This document shows positions 27,150-37,239 of a stretch of DNA of 64,000 nt, in pieces. The DNA lies in the NCBI GenBank assembly GCA_964617955.1, contig CAZTXB010000007.1, positions 89,085 to 153,084 of the forward strand, written 5' to 3'. Positions within the stretch are counted from its first letter, which is position 1. Every line of letters starts with the position of its first letter. The position numbers and the translations under genes were made by a program. This DNA comes from an uncultured Chitinophaga sp. (GTDB taxonomy: Bacteria; Bacteroidota; Bacteroidia; NS11-12g; UBA9320). Below the pieces are notes generated by a model that was not told the origin of the DNA, did not search any database, and saw only the letters and a program-made list of their open reading frames with translations.

Positions 27150-28106
27150 ATGAAGTGGAAAAAGTTAGGTAAAATATTCGACCCTACAGATTATAAGTTA
27201 GCTAATAATTGTGTTAATTACGCACAATCTCCGCAAGTATTGGAGTTTGAAAATTACGTTCGCATTTATTTCTCTACTAGAGAAAGGGACTCCACTGGAA
27301 AATTCATAAGCCATGTCTCTTTTGTCGAAATGGATAAAGAATTTAAAAGCATTAAAAAAATATCAAACCATAACATAATTAAAATGGGAGCTTTAGGTTG
27401 CTATGATGAGCATGGAATTTTCCCATTTAATGTAATAAGAGATGGCAATAGAATGCTAGGTTTTATAGGCGGCTGGAACAGAAGGGTAAGTGTTGATATT
27501 GAAACATCAATTGGTTTATCAATAAGTTTAGATGATGGACTGACTTTTACAAGAATTGGAGATGGGCCTGTATTATCTTCCACCCTAGATGAACCTTTTT
27601 TAGTTGGAGACCCATTTGTTTTAAAAATAGGTGATGCTTTCCATATGTGGTATATTTATGGTGTAAGGTGGATACAAAATCCGGAGAAAGATGTCAAAGA
27701 AAGGGTTTATAAAATCGGGCATGCAACTTCTTATGATGCCATAAGTTGGGTAAAAACCAATCGACAAATAATTGAAGATAAGCTAAATCATGATGAATGC
27801 CAGGCATTGCCAAGTGTTATTTTTCATAATGGAAAATACCATATGGTCTTTTGTTACCGACAAGCAATCGGCTTTAGAGAAAATAGCCGGGCTGCATACA
27901 GGATAGGATATGCATATTCTAAAGATGGAATAACCTGGGAAAGGGATGATTTAAATATTGGTATTCAAACCACCCCGGGAGATTGGGATTCAGATATGAT
28001 GTGTTATCCTCATATATGTTCTGTAGATGGCAAAATATATTTACTATACAACGGAAATAATTTTGGAAAAGCAGGTTTTGGCCTAGCTTTATTGGAAGAA
28101 AATTAA
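27150..28106 (+). CDS. Five-bladed beta-propeller protein, paralog of the preceding gene
   Basis: WKKLGKIFDP, AQSP, GCYDEHG, SLDDGLTF, IGYAYSKDGITWER, WDSDMMCYP, YNGNNFG. Confidence 0.65.
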   Translation: MKWKKLGKIFDPTDYKLANNCVNYAQSPQVLEFENYVRIYFSTRERDSTGKFISHVSFVEMDKEFKSIKKISNHNIIKMGALGCYDEHGIFPFNVIRDGNRMLGFIGGWNRRVSVDIETSIGLSISLDDGLTFTRIGDGPVLSSTLDEPFLVGDPFVLKIGDAFHMWYIYGVRWIQNPEKDVKERVYKIGHATSYDAISWVKTNRQIIEDKLNHDECQALPSVIFHNGKYHMVFCYRQAIGFRENSRAAYRIGYAYSKDGITWERDDLNIGIQTTPGDWDSDMMCYPHICSVDGKIYLLYNGNNFGKAGFGLALLEEN

Positions 28107-28108
28107 TT

Positions 28109-28798
28109 ATGAGAATGAGCGTCAAAAACCTCCGCTTTGCTTTCTATGTTTCTGGATCTGCTACTCGATTGCTAAAAATAATCGAAAACTATCCAGAAAT
28201 AATTACAAATACATTTTTAGTTATTAATGATGATGGCCCAAATCAAAAGTTAAGCAGCTTGCTTAAAAAGTTAAAAATTTATTACATCGAATATTGCTAT
28301 AAGGACAAAGGCTTAATAGGAAGTCAAGGAAATATTTATACCTCAGATTTACTGCTGGAAAAATTTACAGAATTTAAAATTGATTTTTCATTTTGTTTTG
28401 GGGGAAGATTATTAAAGGGTGAATTGCTCGATTCATTTAAGAATAAAATTATTAATTTTCATCCTGCCATATTACCAATGTTCCCAGGAATTAAATCCAT
28501 TGATCAAGCATTGGATGCCGATACATTCCTATTAGGCAATACCGCTCATTTTGTGGATGCTGGAAAAGATACTGGCCCCGTTATTATGCAAAGCATTATG
28601 CATAGTAAAAGTTTTTCAAACCATGAAGACGTATTGGGCATGCAATTACCTATGGTTTATCAAATTTTTTGCTGGCTTAATGAAAACAGAATCCAAGTTG
28701 TTAATAATAAAGTAATTATAGAAAAAGCGCATTACGATCAAAACGTTTTTTATCCTCAAATAGAAAGAGTCCATTCACCTAAAATTATTACGCAATGA
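28109..28798 (+). CDS. Formyltransferase (PurN-like fold)
   Basis: FYVSGSAT, INFHPAILPMFPG, GNTAHFVDAGKDTGPVIMQ. Confidence 0.85.
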   Translation: MRMSVKNLRFAFYVSGSATRLLKIIENYPEIITNTFLVINDDGPNQKLSSLLKKLKIYYIEYCYKDKGLIGSQGNIYTSDLLLEKFTEFKIDFSFCFGGRLLKGELLDSFKNKIINFHPAILPMFPGIKSIDQALDADTFLLGNTAHFVDAGKDTGPVIMQSIMHSKSFSNHEDVLGMQLPMVYQIFCWLNENRIQVVNNKVIIEKAHYDQNVFYPQIERVHSPKIITQ

Positions 28799-29547
28799 CT
28801 ACAAACAGAGATTACAACAAAGAATACAAAGACAATGACCGAAAATATTTTTATGGCTTTGACATTGATGTAATGCATCCTTATATGCTAAAGGCCTTTT
28901 CTCCCTTCTTTAAGGAAGGGAACCTATTAGAGCTTGGTAGCTTTAAAGGAGAGTTTACTAAAAGGTTGCTTAGTCTTTTTCATGACATCACCTGTGTTGA
29001 AGCATCAGACGAGGCTGTGATAGAAGCCAGAACTATGTTGGGAGCAAGTGTGAAAATTCACAACTGCCTTTTTGAAGACTTAACACTTTCGGAGAAGTAT
29101 AGCAACATTATTTTAACCCATGTACTGGAGCATATTGATAATCCGGTTGCCTTACTAAAAAAAATAAATGATGAGTGGCTAAGCGATAATGGGCGTTTCT
29201 TTTTGGTGTGCCCAAATGCAAATGCCCCATCCCGTCAAATAGCTGTTAAGATGGGTCTTATAACTCATAATTCTGCGGTCACTCCGGCAGAAAAAGAACA
29301 CGGACATGTAATTACCTATACTCTGGATACGCTTGAGAGAGATGCAAAAGCTGCAGGACTTAAGGTAATTCACAGGTCAGGCATTTTCTTTAAAGCGTTA
29401 GCCAATTTTCAGTGGGACCGCTTATTGCAAACAGATATCATTTCTCAACCATATTTGGACGGTTGTTACGAATTAGGACAACAATATCCAGATTTATGTT
29501 CAAGTATATTCTTAATGTGTGAAAAAGGAATAAACCATAACAATTAG
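28795..29547 (+). CDS. Class I SAM-dependent methyltransferase
   Basis: LLELGSFKG, THVLEHIDNP, CPNANAPSRQIAVKMG. Confidence 0.88.
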   Translation: MTTNRDYNKEYKDNDRKYFYGFDIDVMHPYMLKAFSPFFKEGNLLELGSFKGEFTKRLLSLFHDITCVEASDEAVIEARTMLGASVKIHNCLFEDLTLSEKYSNIILTHVLEHIDNPVALLKKINDEWLSDNGRFFLVCPNANAPSRQIAVKMGLITHNSAVTPAEKEHGHVITYTLDTLERDAKAAGLKVIHRSGIFFKALANFQWDRLLQTDIISQPYLDGCYELGQQYPDLCSSIFLMCEKGINHNN

Positions 29548-30302
29548 TGCAAACCAACGAAATAAATTCAGAAAAGGAGTTTCTCGATAGCTTAGTCGAT
29601 GATTATATTACATCAGATGATTCAAGTCAACTGCGCTTGATGAGAAATCTAATGATGAAAACCTATAATCCATTTATAAAAAAGGGCATTTCCTTAGAAC
29701 TGGGTTGTGAAATAGGTTACATGTCAGAGAGAATTGCTGCCCTTAGTACTAAAGTAGACATTGTGGATGGCTCGAAAAAATTTTTAAATGAGGTTAGAAA
29801 AAGAAACATTAATAATGTGACTCTTCATTGTAAATTATTTGAAGAATTTAGTCCTGAACCGATTTATGATAATGTGTTTGCATCTCATATATTGGAACAT
29901 TTAATCGATGTCCCTATAGTTTTAGAAATGGTGAAAAAGGCTCTAAAACCCGATGGATTATTTTTTGTAGCTGTTCCTAATGCCAGGGCTTTGTCTAGGC
30001 AATTGGCCCGTCATATGGGTTTGATTGACAGCCTCTTTGATTTAACACCTAACGACATAAGAGGTGGCCACAGAAGGGTTTATGACCGCGTAACACTTAC
30101 TAGAGAATTAGAGAATTCAGGATTTCAAATAGTTTCACAGGGTGGGATACTTTTTAAACCTTTTGCCGATTTTCAAATGGATAAACTACTTGATTTGGAA
30201 CTGATAGGTCCATCCCAAATTGAGGGATTGGTAAAATTGGGAAACGAGTACCCAGATATGTGTGCCAACATATTTATGATTTGCCGAGCGAAAGAAAATT
30301 AG
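29547..30302 (+). CDS. Class I SAM-dependent methyltransferase, paralog of the preceding gene
   Basis: SLELGCEIG, SHILEHL, VPNARALSRQLARHMG, GHRRVYD. Confidence 0.88.
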   Translation: MQTNEINSEKEFLDSLVDDYITSDDSSQLRLMRNLMMKTYNPFIKKGISLELGCEIGYMSERIAALSTKVDIVDGSKKFLNEVRKRNINNVTLHCKLFEEFSPEPIYDNVFASHILEHLIDVPIVLEMVKKALKPDGLFFVAVPNARALSRQLARHMGLIDSLFDLTPNDIRGGHRRVYDRVTLTRELENSGFQIVSQGGILFKPFADFQMDKLLDLELIGPSQIEGLVKLGNEYPDMCANIFMICRAKEN

Positions 30303-30303
30303 G

Positions 30304-31260
30304 ATGGGGCCTTCAAGCAACCTTCTTGTTTCAGTTTGCCTAATAACATATAAACACGAAAGCTATATACGCCAAGCTCTTGATAGTGTTGTTATGCAAA
30401 ATGTTAACTTCTCGTGGGAAGTAATCATTGCCGATGATTGTTCTCCGGATAATACTCGTCAAATAATACTGGAATACAAGAGTAAATATCCTGATTTAAT
30501 AAAACTACTTTTTCAGGTTAAAAATGTAGGTGGTGGGAAAAATTTTGTTGATTTAATAAATTCAGCTCAAGGAAAATATATAGCCTACCTAGAAGGTGAC
30601 GATTACTGGACAGATCCCAATAAATTGCAAAAGCAATTTGATTTTATGGAAACTCATTTAGACTATTCTCTAAGTTATCATAAAATCAAAAAGATTCATA
30701 CATATGCTATTGATTTTGAACCAGAACCGATTTCAAATATAGGAAATCTCAAAACAATAACTATCGATTATATCCTTAAGAGAGGTTGGTTTATACATAG
30801 TTGTTCAATGTTTTTTGTTAACTTTAGATTACCCGAAGGTTTTGAAGGATTATTTGTAGGCGATTATCCTCTACATGTGTTATTGGCAGATAAAGGCAAA
30901 GTAGGGTTTTTAGATGAATGCATGGGGGTATATAGAATAAGTAAAGAAGGCTATTCTGAAAAAAATATTCATGGAAATAATTACAAAAAAAGAAAAAAGA
31001 ATTTCATTAGTACAATTTTTCTTCAAAATTATTTAGATAAAAACACATCTTATAAATATCATAATCACTTTATGCAAAATAATTTTGGCTCAATATATTC
31101 ACATCTCCATTATATTTTCCTTAATCATAAAAAGTTGTTTTTAAAAGAATTATTTGAAATAATAAAATCATTTAATTTGTTTTTTTTAATCTATCAAATG
31201 TTATTAAAGACTGTAAGATTTTGTAGATCTAAAAAATATCTGAGGTCGTTTAATAAATGA
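30304..31260 (+). CDS. GT2 glycosyltransferase
   Basis: VSVCLITYKH, IADDCSPD, YIAYLEGDDYWTDPNKLQKQ. Confidence 0.92.
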   Translation: MGPSSNLLVSVCLITYKHESYIRQALDSVVMQNVNFSWEVIIADDCSPDNTRQIILEYKSKYPDLIKLLFQVKNVGGGKNFVDLINSAQGKYIAYLEGDDYWTDPNKLQKQFDFMETHLDYSLSYHKIKKIHTYAIDFEPEPISNIGNLKTITIDYILKRGWFIHSCSMFFVNFRLPEGFEGLFVGDYPLHVLLADKGKVGFLDECMGVYRISKEGYSEKNIHGNNYKKRKKNFISTIFLQNYLDKNTSYKYHNHFMQNNFGSIYSHLHYIFLNHKKLFLKELFEIIKSFNLFFLIYQMLLKTVRFCRSKKYLRSFNK

Positions 31261-32357
31261 AAATAGTAACTATTTTAGGGGCTCGCCCACAATTTATTAA
31301 AGCCTCTGCCATAAGTAGAGTTATACGTACTGAAAATGCAACTATTAAAACAATTAATAGACATATTAAGGAAATAATTATTCATACGGGGCAGCATTTT
31401 GATTCAAATATGTCGGAAGTATTTTTTAAGGAACTAGAAATTCCAGAACCCGATATTAATTTGGGAATATCTGGATTATCCCATGGTGCTATGACAGGTC
31501 GTATGTTGGAGGCTATTGAAATGGTACTAGATAATGAGAAACCAGATTTGGTGCTCGTTTATGGCGATACCAACTCAACACTTGCCGGTTCATTGGCAGC
31601 AAGTAAATTACACATCCCAATTGCACATGTAGAAGCAGGTCTCAGATCTTTTAATAGGATTATGCCTGAAGAAATTAACCGTATCATAACTGACCATATT
31701 TCAAAACATTTGTTCTGCCCCACACAAACAGCAGTAGATCATTTAGCCGAAGAAGGCATCAATGTAGGTGTTCACTTGGTTGGAGATGTGATGTTTGATT
31801 GTACACAATTCTATAGTGAAAAAGCCTTACAAAAAGTGAAACTAGGGAAATGGGGAATTACTGAAGGTAAATATGTTTTATGCACAATACACCGCGAAGA
31901 AAATACAAATATCCTACACAGACTGGAATCTATACTATCGGCATTGCAGCTTATTTCAAAATCTACGCCAGTTTTATTACCAATACATCCACGTACAAGA
32001 CAATTAATTAATTCAAAAAATATAAGCCATTTACTTGATGGTTTAATTATTATTGATCCTGTGCCATATTTAGAGATGACAAGGTTGCAAATGACGGCCA
32101 AAGCAATATTAACAGATTCAGGTGGTATGCAGAAAGAGGCTTTTTTTCACAAAGTACCTTGCATTACATTGAGAGATGAAACAGAATGGGTGGAAACTGT
32201 TCAAATGGGCTGGAACAAAATTGCAGGTGCAGATAAAAATTTAATCCTTGAAGCATATGAATCCTGTGCAGCAGGAGCCCCTTGTCAAATTAATCCGTAT
32301 GGTGACGGCCAGGCTGCTAAAAAAATATTGGAAATCCTTAAAGCAAATTTTATATGA
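31257..32357 (+). CDS. wecB: Non-hydrolysing UDP-GlcNAc 2-epimerase (WecB/WbpI-like)
   Basis: GARPQFIK, HTGQHFD, GDTNSTLAG, HVEAGLRS, MPEEINR, TDSGGMQKEA. Confidence 0.92.
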   Translation: MKIVTILGARPQFIKASAISRVIRTENATIKTINRHIKEIIIHTGQHFDSNMSEVFFKELEIPEPDINLGISGLSHGAMTGRMLEAIEMVLDNEKPDLVLVYGDTNSTLAGSLAASKLHIPIAHVEAGLRSFNRIMPEEINRIITDHISKHLFCPTQTAVDHLAEEGINVGVHLVGDVMFDCTQFYSEKALQKVKLGKWGITEGKYVLCTIHREENTNILHRLESILSALQLISKSTPVLLPIHPRTRQLINSKNISHLLDGLIIIDPVPYLEMTRLQMTAKAILTDSGGMQKEAFFHKVPCITLRDETEWVETVQMGWNKIAGADKNLILEAYESCAAGAPCQINPYGDGQAAKKILEILKANFI

Positions 32358-33151
32358 TAATTATTTTATTACCCGCATACAATGAAGAAGATTCATTGCC
32401 AAACCTAATGCCAAAGATAAAAGCAACAATGGAGGGTTTTGGAGAGGATTACAGAGTTATTGTATGTAATGATGGAAGCAAAGACAAAACCAAAGCTATG
32501 CTTATGGAATACCAGGCTACTATTCCGTTAGAGCTGATTGAACACAAAATTAACAGGGGGCTTGGAGAATCTTCGCGAGACCTATTTGAACGTGCAGCAG
32601 AAATTGTGAATGCAGGTGATGTAATAGTAAGGCTTGATTGTGATGACACTCATGAACCAGAATTTATTCCCCACCTGATAGAAAAAGTGCGTTCGGGATA
32701 TGATGTTGTGATTGCATCAAGGTTTGCCCCCGGTGGTGGACAATTGGGTGTAAACAGGTACAGGGCTTTTATCAGTTCTGGCGCAAACCTTTTTATGAAA
32801 GTGTTTTTCCCGATTTCAGGATTAAGAGAATATTCCTGCGGATTCCGTGCTTACAGGGGAGAAAAAATAAAAGAAGCAATCCTGTTTTATGGAAACAATT
32901 TCATCCAGTTAAAAGGATTAGGTTTTACCTGTACACTTGAGAAAATTATAAAATTAAAATTAATAGGTGCACGTTTTGCCGAGGTACCATTCATTTTACG
33001 ATATGACCAGAAACAAAGCAGCAGTAAAATGATTGGTAGCCTTACTACCCTAGGATACTTAATGATGACCATATTGTATCATTGGCCATGGGGCGGGTGG
33101 CGAACAGGAATACGAAACAAACATGTAGATTGGCGGAAAGCAAATGGGTGA
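32354..33151 (+). CDS. DPM1/ArnC-like GT2 (polyprenyl-phosphate glycosyltransferase family)
   Basis: LLPAYNEE, NDGSKD, NRGLG, LDCDDTH.P, DVVIASRF, SCGFRAY. Confidence 0.85.
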   Translation: MIIILLPAYNEEDSLPNLMPKIKATMEGFGEDYRVIVCNDGSKDKTKAMLMEYQATIPLELIEHKINRGLGESSRDLFERAAEIVNAGDVIVRLDCDDTHEPEFIPHLIEKVRSGYDVVIASRFAPGGGQLGVNRYRAFISSGANLFMKVFFPISGLREYSCGFRAYRGEKIKEAILFYGNNFIQLKGLGFTCTLEKIIKLKLIGARFAEVPFILRYDQKQSSSKMIGSLTTLGYLMMTILYHWPWGGWRTGIRNKHVDWRKANG

Positions 33152-33986
33152 AATTAAAGAGGTAAAAGAATTCTGGGATGCAAATCCCTTATGGTCAGGT
33201 GAATCAAAATTCACACCGGGCAGTGAAGATTTTTTTAAAGAACACCGCGATGTTTATATGAGTGATTGTTTTGGCGGGGAATTCGACATCAGATTCCTGC
33301 CACCCCCGCGTAAGAGCGGACAAAGTATGCATGTTCTTGACTTAGGTTGTGGTGTTGGTTTCTGGACTACTGAATTTGGTATGCGTGGAATTGGCAAACT
33401 GACTGCTGCCGATCTGACACCTAATGCTCTGAAGATAACCCAAAAAAGACTTGATATTTATGGTTTAAAAGCAACCCTAAGCGAGGAGAATGCAGAAGCC
33501 CTTTCTTTTAAGGATAATACATTTGACCACGTAAACTGCCAGGGAGTAATACATCATACACCGGATACAGCTAAAGCAGTAAGTGAAATTGCAAGGGTAT
33601 TAATGCCTGATGGTACAGCGAGTATTTCAGTGTATTACAGAAACTCTGTGTTAAGGTTATGGCCATTTCTCCGTTGGTTTGCATATCCATTGGTATGGCT
33701 GGGAGGAGGCTTAAAAGGAAGGGGACGTGAAAACATTTTTAAAAAATCTGATGTGGAGGAAATTGTCAGGTTATATGATGGTGTAGGAAATCCAATAGGA
33801 AAAAGCTACAGTACAAAACAATTTGAGGCCCTACTTAAAAAACATTTTATAATTGATGAAATATATTTCCATTTTTTTCCGGCACGGTCTCTCCCAATTA
33901 GAATACCACGCGGTTTACATCGTTGGCTTGATAAAAAATTACCATTTATGATTTACGCAAATATCCATAAACCATGTGTGGAATAG
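33144..33986 (+). CDS. Class I SAM-dependent methyltransferase
   Basis: VLDLGCGVG, ENAEALSF.DNTFD, GVIHHTPD...EIARVL.P.G. Confidence 0.88.
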   Translation: MGEIKEVKEFWDANPLWSGESKFTPGSEDFFKEHRDVYMSDCFGGEFDIRFLPPPRKSGQSMHVLDLGCGVGFWTTEFGMRGIGKLTAADLTPNALKITQKRLDIYGLKATLSEENAEALSFKDNTFDHVNCQGVIHHTPDTAKAVSEIARVLMPDGTASISVYYRNSVLRLWPFLRWFAYPLVWLGGGLKGRGRENIFKKSDVEEIVRLYDGVGNPIGKSYSTKQFEALLKKHFIIDEIYFHFFPARSLPIRIPRGLHRWLDKKLPFMIYANIHKPCVE

Positions 33987-35872
33987 CTGGAATTATTTCT
34001 GACGGTCAATCCCTTATTGAAAGCAAGGGGCACCTGGAAAGAATGCTTGATTGTCTGTTGCACCGTGGTCCTGATGGGTCTGGAATAGTGCTTCGCGATA
34101 ACCAGATTTTATTCGGGCATAGGAGACTTGCTATTATTGATATTGAACATGGTGCTCAACCTATGTGTTCAGTTGATAACCGTTACACATTAACCTTTAA
34201 TGGAGAAATCTATAATTATTTGGAATTAAGGCAATCATTAATACAAAATGGTATTCACTTTGATACTTTTTCTGATACAGAAGTACTCTTACAATTATTA
34301 ATTTTAGAAGGTTCAAATGCTTTAAAAAAGTTAAATGGAATGTTTGCTTTTATGTTTCATGATAAAGAAGATAATTCATGGATTGCTGCACGTGATCATT
34401 TCGGTATTAAACCATTTTACTATTCATGCCTGGATAGTGAAATTATTTTTGCTTCGGAAATTAAAGCCCTTTTGGTTTATCCTAAAATTAAATCCACCAG
34501 GGATGAAAAAGCACTACAGCAATACCTGACATTTCAATTTTGTCTTGGGGAAAGAACCCTCTTCTATGGAATTAGAAAATTAAAACCCGGCTATTTTATT
34601 AAAGGAAGAGGAACTCACATTACTCATGAAGAATGTTATTGGGATACAAAATATCAAATTGACTACAATCATACAGAAGAGTTTTTTATCGAAAAATTAA
34701 AGTATTTACTTAATGACAGTATCAGGTTACAATTAAGGTCGGACGTACCTCTTGGTGGATACCTCTCTGGTGGAATTGATTCAAGTTTAGTTTGTTCTCT
34801 TGCCTCTAATCATCTCGAAACTCCTTTTGCAATGTTTCATGGCCGCTTTGAAGAAAGCCCTGAATATGATGAATCGGTTTATGCAAAAGCCCTAGTTGAT
34901 AGCATCGGAGGCAACTATTTTGAAGTAGTGCCTTCTGCACAGGATTTTGTAGATGATTTACCCAAGCTCATATATGCACTAGATGAACCACTGGCAGGTC
35001 CAGGCCTTTTTCCGCAATATAGAGTAAGTAAACTTGCCCGCGAACATGTTACAGTAGTTCTCGGAGGCCAGGGAGGAGATGAAATTTTTGGTGGCTATGC
35101 TCGCTACCTTGTTGGTTATCTTGAACAGGCATTGAAGGGTGCCATTTTTGAGACACAGGAAGAAGGAAGGCATCTTGTTTCTTTAGAATCAATCGTTCCA
35201 CAACTCCCAATTCTAAAACAATATAAACCCCTATTATCACAGTTTTTTGCAGAAGGATTATTTCAGCCGATGGACGAACGCTATTTCAGGTTGATTGACC
35301 GCAGCCAGGGCTTAAATAGCATTTTAAATAAGGACTTGTTAAATTCCTTTGATAATGAACGACTGTTTATTGATTACCAATCAGTATTTAATCACCCGGA
35401 CACTAAATCATACATTAATAAAATGACACACTTTGACCAGAAAACACTTCTTCCATCACTTTTACAGATTGAAGACCGTATGAGTATGGCTGTATCCCTT
35501 GAATCACGTGTACCCTTGCTTGATACAAGAATTGTTGATTTGGTAACTTCGATGCCACCACCCATGAAATTTCAGGAAGGAAGAACCAAGCATATATTAA
35601 AAAAAACAATTGGAACGTTATTGCCTAAAAGCATTTTGGAAAGAAAAGACAAAATGGGTTTTCCTGTACCCTTAAAGGAATGGATTCAGAATGGTCCTGT
35701 TAAAGATTTTGTGAGTGACATCCTCCTGAGCAAAAGAAGTAAAGACCGGGGAATATACACGACAGATGCAATGGAAAAAATGCTGTCCAAACCTGGTGTT
35801 GGCGGACGGCAATTATGGGGTGCACTATGTCTTGAATTGTGGCACCAGAAATTTATAGATAGAAATGCATAG
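33974..35872 (+). CDS. asnB: Asparagine synthase (glutamine-hydrolysing)-like amidotransferase
   Basis: MCGIAG, HRGPD, GHRRLAIID, FNGEIYNY, LSGGIDSS, GGDEIFGGY, DRMSMAVSLESRVP. Confidence 0.93.
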   Translation: MCGIAGIISDGQSLIESKGHLERMLDCLLHRGPDGSGIVLRDNQILFGHRRLAIIDIEHGAQPMCSVDNRYTLTFNGEIYNYLELRQSLIQNGIHFDTFSDTEVLLQLLILEGSNALKKLNGMFAFMFHDKEDNSWIAARDHFGIKPFYYSCLDSEIIFASEIKALLVYPKIKSTRDEKALQQYLTFQFCLGERTLFYGIRKLKPGYFIKGRGTHITHEECYWDTKYQIDYNHTEEFFIEKLKYLLNDSIRLQLRSDVPLGGYLSGGIDSSLVCSLASNHLETPFAMFHGRFEESPEYDESVYAKALVDSIGGNYFEVVPSAQDFVDDLPKLIYALDEPLAGPGLFPQYRVSKLAREHVTVVLGGQGGDEIFGGYARYLVGYLEQALKGAIFETQEEGRHLVSLESIVPQLPILKQYKPLLSQFFAEGLFQPMDERYFRLIDRSQGLNSILNKDLLNSFDNERLFIDYQSVFNHPDTKSYINKMTHFDQKTLLPSLLQIEDRMSMAVSLESRVPLLDTRIVDLVTSMPPPMKFQEGRTKHILKKTIGTLLPKSILERKDKMGFPVPLKEWIQNGPVKDFVSDILLSKRSKDRGIYTTDAMEKMLSKPGVGGRQLWGALCLELWHQKFIDRNA

Positions 35873-37181
35873 CCCTTTACTGCCTGAGCGGGGGTCTTGT
35901 AAAGAACATATCTTAAATGCATTGTCACTTTACTGGCCAACCCAACCAGAATATATTGCAGGCTTACCTGTTTTTGAGAAAAAAAATATTACCATTAAAA
36001 TGCCCTTAAAACTTGCTGAAATAACCTTACCGGATTGGGGAAGCCATTGCGGGGTAAATGGCATTATAATGGTACCCCTTGAAGTATGTAATGACCCCAA
36101 TGAAAAAAACTGGCAAAAAGTTGATTGGTGGATGGGTGCATTTATACTTTTGGAAGCATGGCATGAAAGGGTTTATGAAATGATAAATGGTCCAATTCAC
36201 TCATATAGTTTCCGGCTTAAAAGATGGGACACTCGGGCATGGGATTATGCATGGGTCAATAGAATTGGCATGTTCCTCAGAAGCTGGGCAGCCCAGATAA
36301 AAAAAGAAAGTGAAACAACATTGTTTGGGGAAATTCCTGAATGTGAAGTAATCATTACACACGATGTGGATGCTGTAGCAAAAACCCTCCCTATCAGATT
36401 AAAGCAATCGGCATTTAATTTTTTTAATTTTCTAAGATCCATTTATAACCGTGAATGGAAAAACACACTGCCATCTTTTAAAAAATCACTGACACTTTTA
36501 TTAGGAACAGACAATTGGTGGAAATTAGATGAGGTTTTGCAAATAGAAAAAGAATCAGGGATAAAAAGCCATTTTAATTTTTATGCCGACTCCCGCAAAA
36601 AAACATTGAAACGCTGGTTATTTGACCCCAGCTATGATATTGCAGATGAAAAGCTTGGAATATTTATAATGAATGCGTTAAAAGATGATTTTATAATTGG
36701 TCTTCACCCTACATATGATGCATGGGAAAGTGAAGGAGAAATATATAGGCAACTACATTTACTTGAAGAAAAGACAAAAAATAAAATAACAACTTGTAGG
36801 CAACATTGGTTAAGATTTTCATGGAACAAAACATGGGAAGCACAGGAAAAGTCAGGTATAAAGCTGGATACCACAATTATGTTTAATGACAGACCCGGGT
36901 TCAGGCTAAGCATAGCCATCCCCTATCAACCATGGAATGCAATTAAAAATTCGGAACATTCCCTTTATTCATTACCTACTGTTTTAATGGACTCCCATCT
37001 GTACGATTATAAATCATTCACAGATAAGGAAAGGGAAATTCAAATGAATAGATGGATAAATGAGATTAAAAATGTACATGGAATAGCTGCTGTTCTTTGG
37101 CATCCGCATACATTGTCCAGAGATTATGGATGGCAAAAAGGTTTTACATATCTTGTAAACCTGATTGCACCTGATAAATAA
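35865..37181 (+). CDS. Polysaccharide deacetylase/deformylase-like (NodB/CE4 fold) protein
   Basis: ITHDVD, IGLHP, RQHWLRF, DTT...PGFR, LPTVLMD, VLWHPH. Confidence 0.75.
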   Translation: MHSPLLPERGSCKEHILNALSLYWPTQPEYIAGLPVFEKKNITIKMPLKLAEITLPDWGSHCGVNGIIMVPLEVCNDPNEKNWQKVDWWMGAFILLEAWHERVYEMINGPIHSYSFRLKRWDTRAWDYAWVNRIGMFLRSWAAQIKKESETTLFGEIPECEVIITHDVDAVAKTLPIRLKQSAFNFFNFLRSIYNREWKNTLPSFKKSLTLLLGTDNWWKLDEVLQIEKESGIKSHFNFYADSRKKTLKRWLFDPSYDIADEKLGIFIMNALKDDFIIGLHPTYDAWESEGEIYRQLHLLEEKTKNKITTCRQHWLRFSWNKTWEAQEKSGIKLDTTIMFNDRPGFRLSIAIPYQPWNAIKNSEHSLYSLPTVLMDSHLYDYKSFTDKEREIQMNRWINEIKNVHGIAAVLWHPHTLSRDYGWQKGFTYLVNLIAPDK

Positions 37182-37239
37182 AAAAAGTGAGTTTTACATA
37201 AAAACCTTTATAACAATATCAGATTTCTAAAAATAGTTA

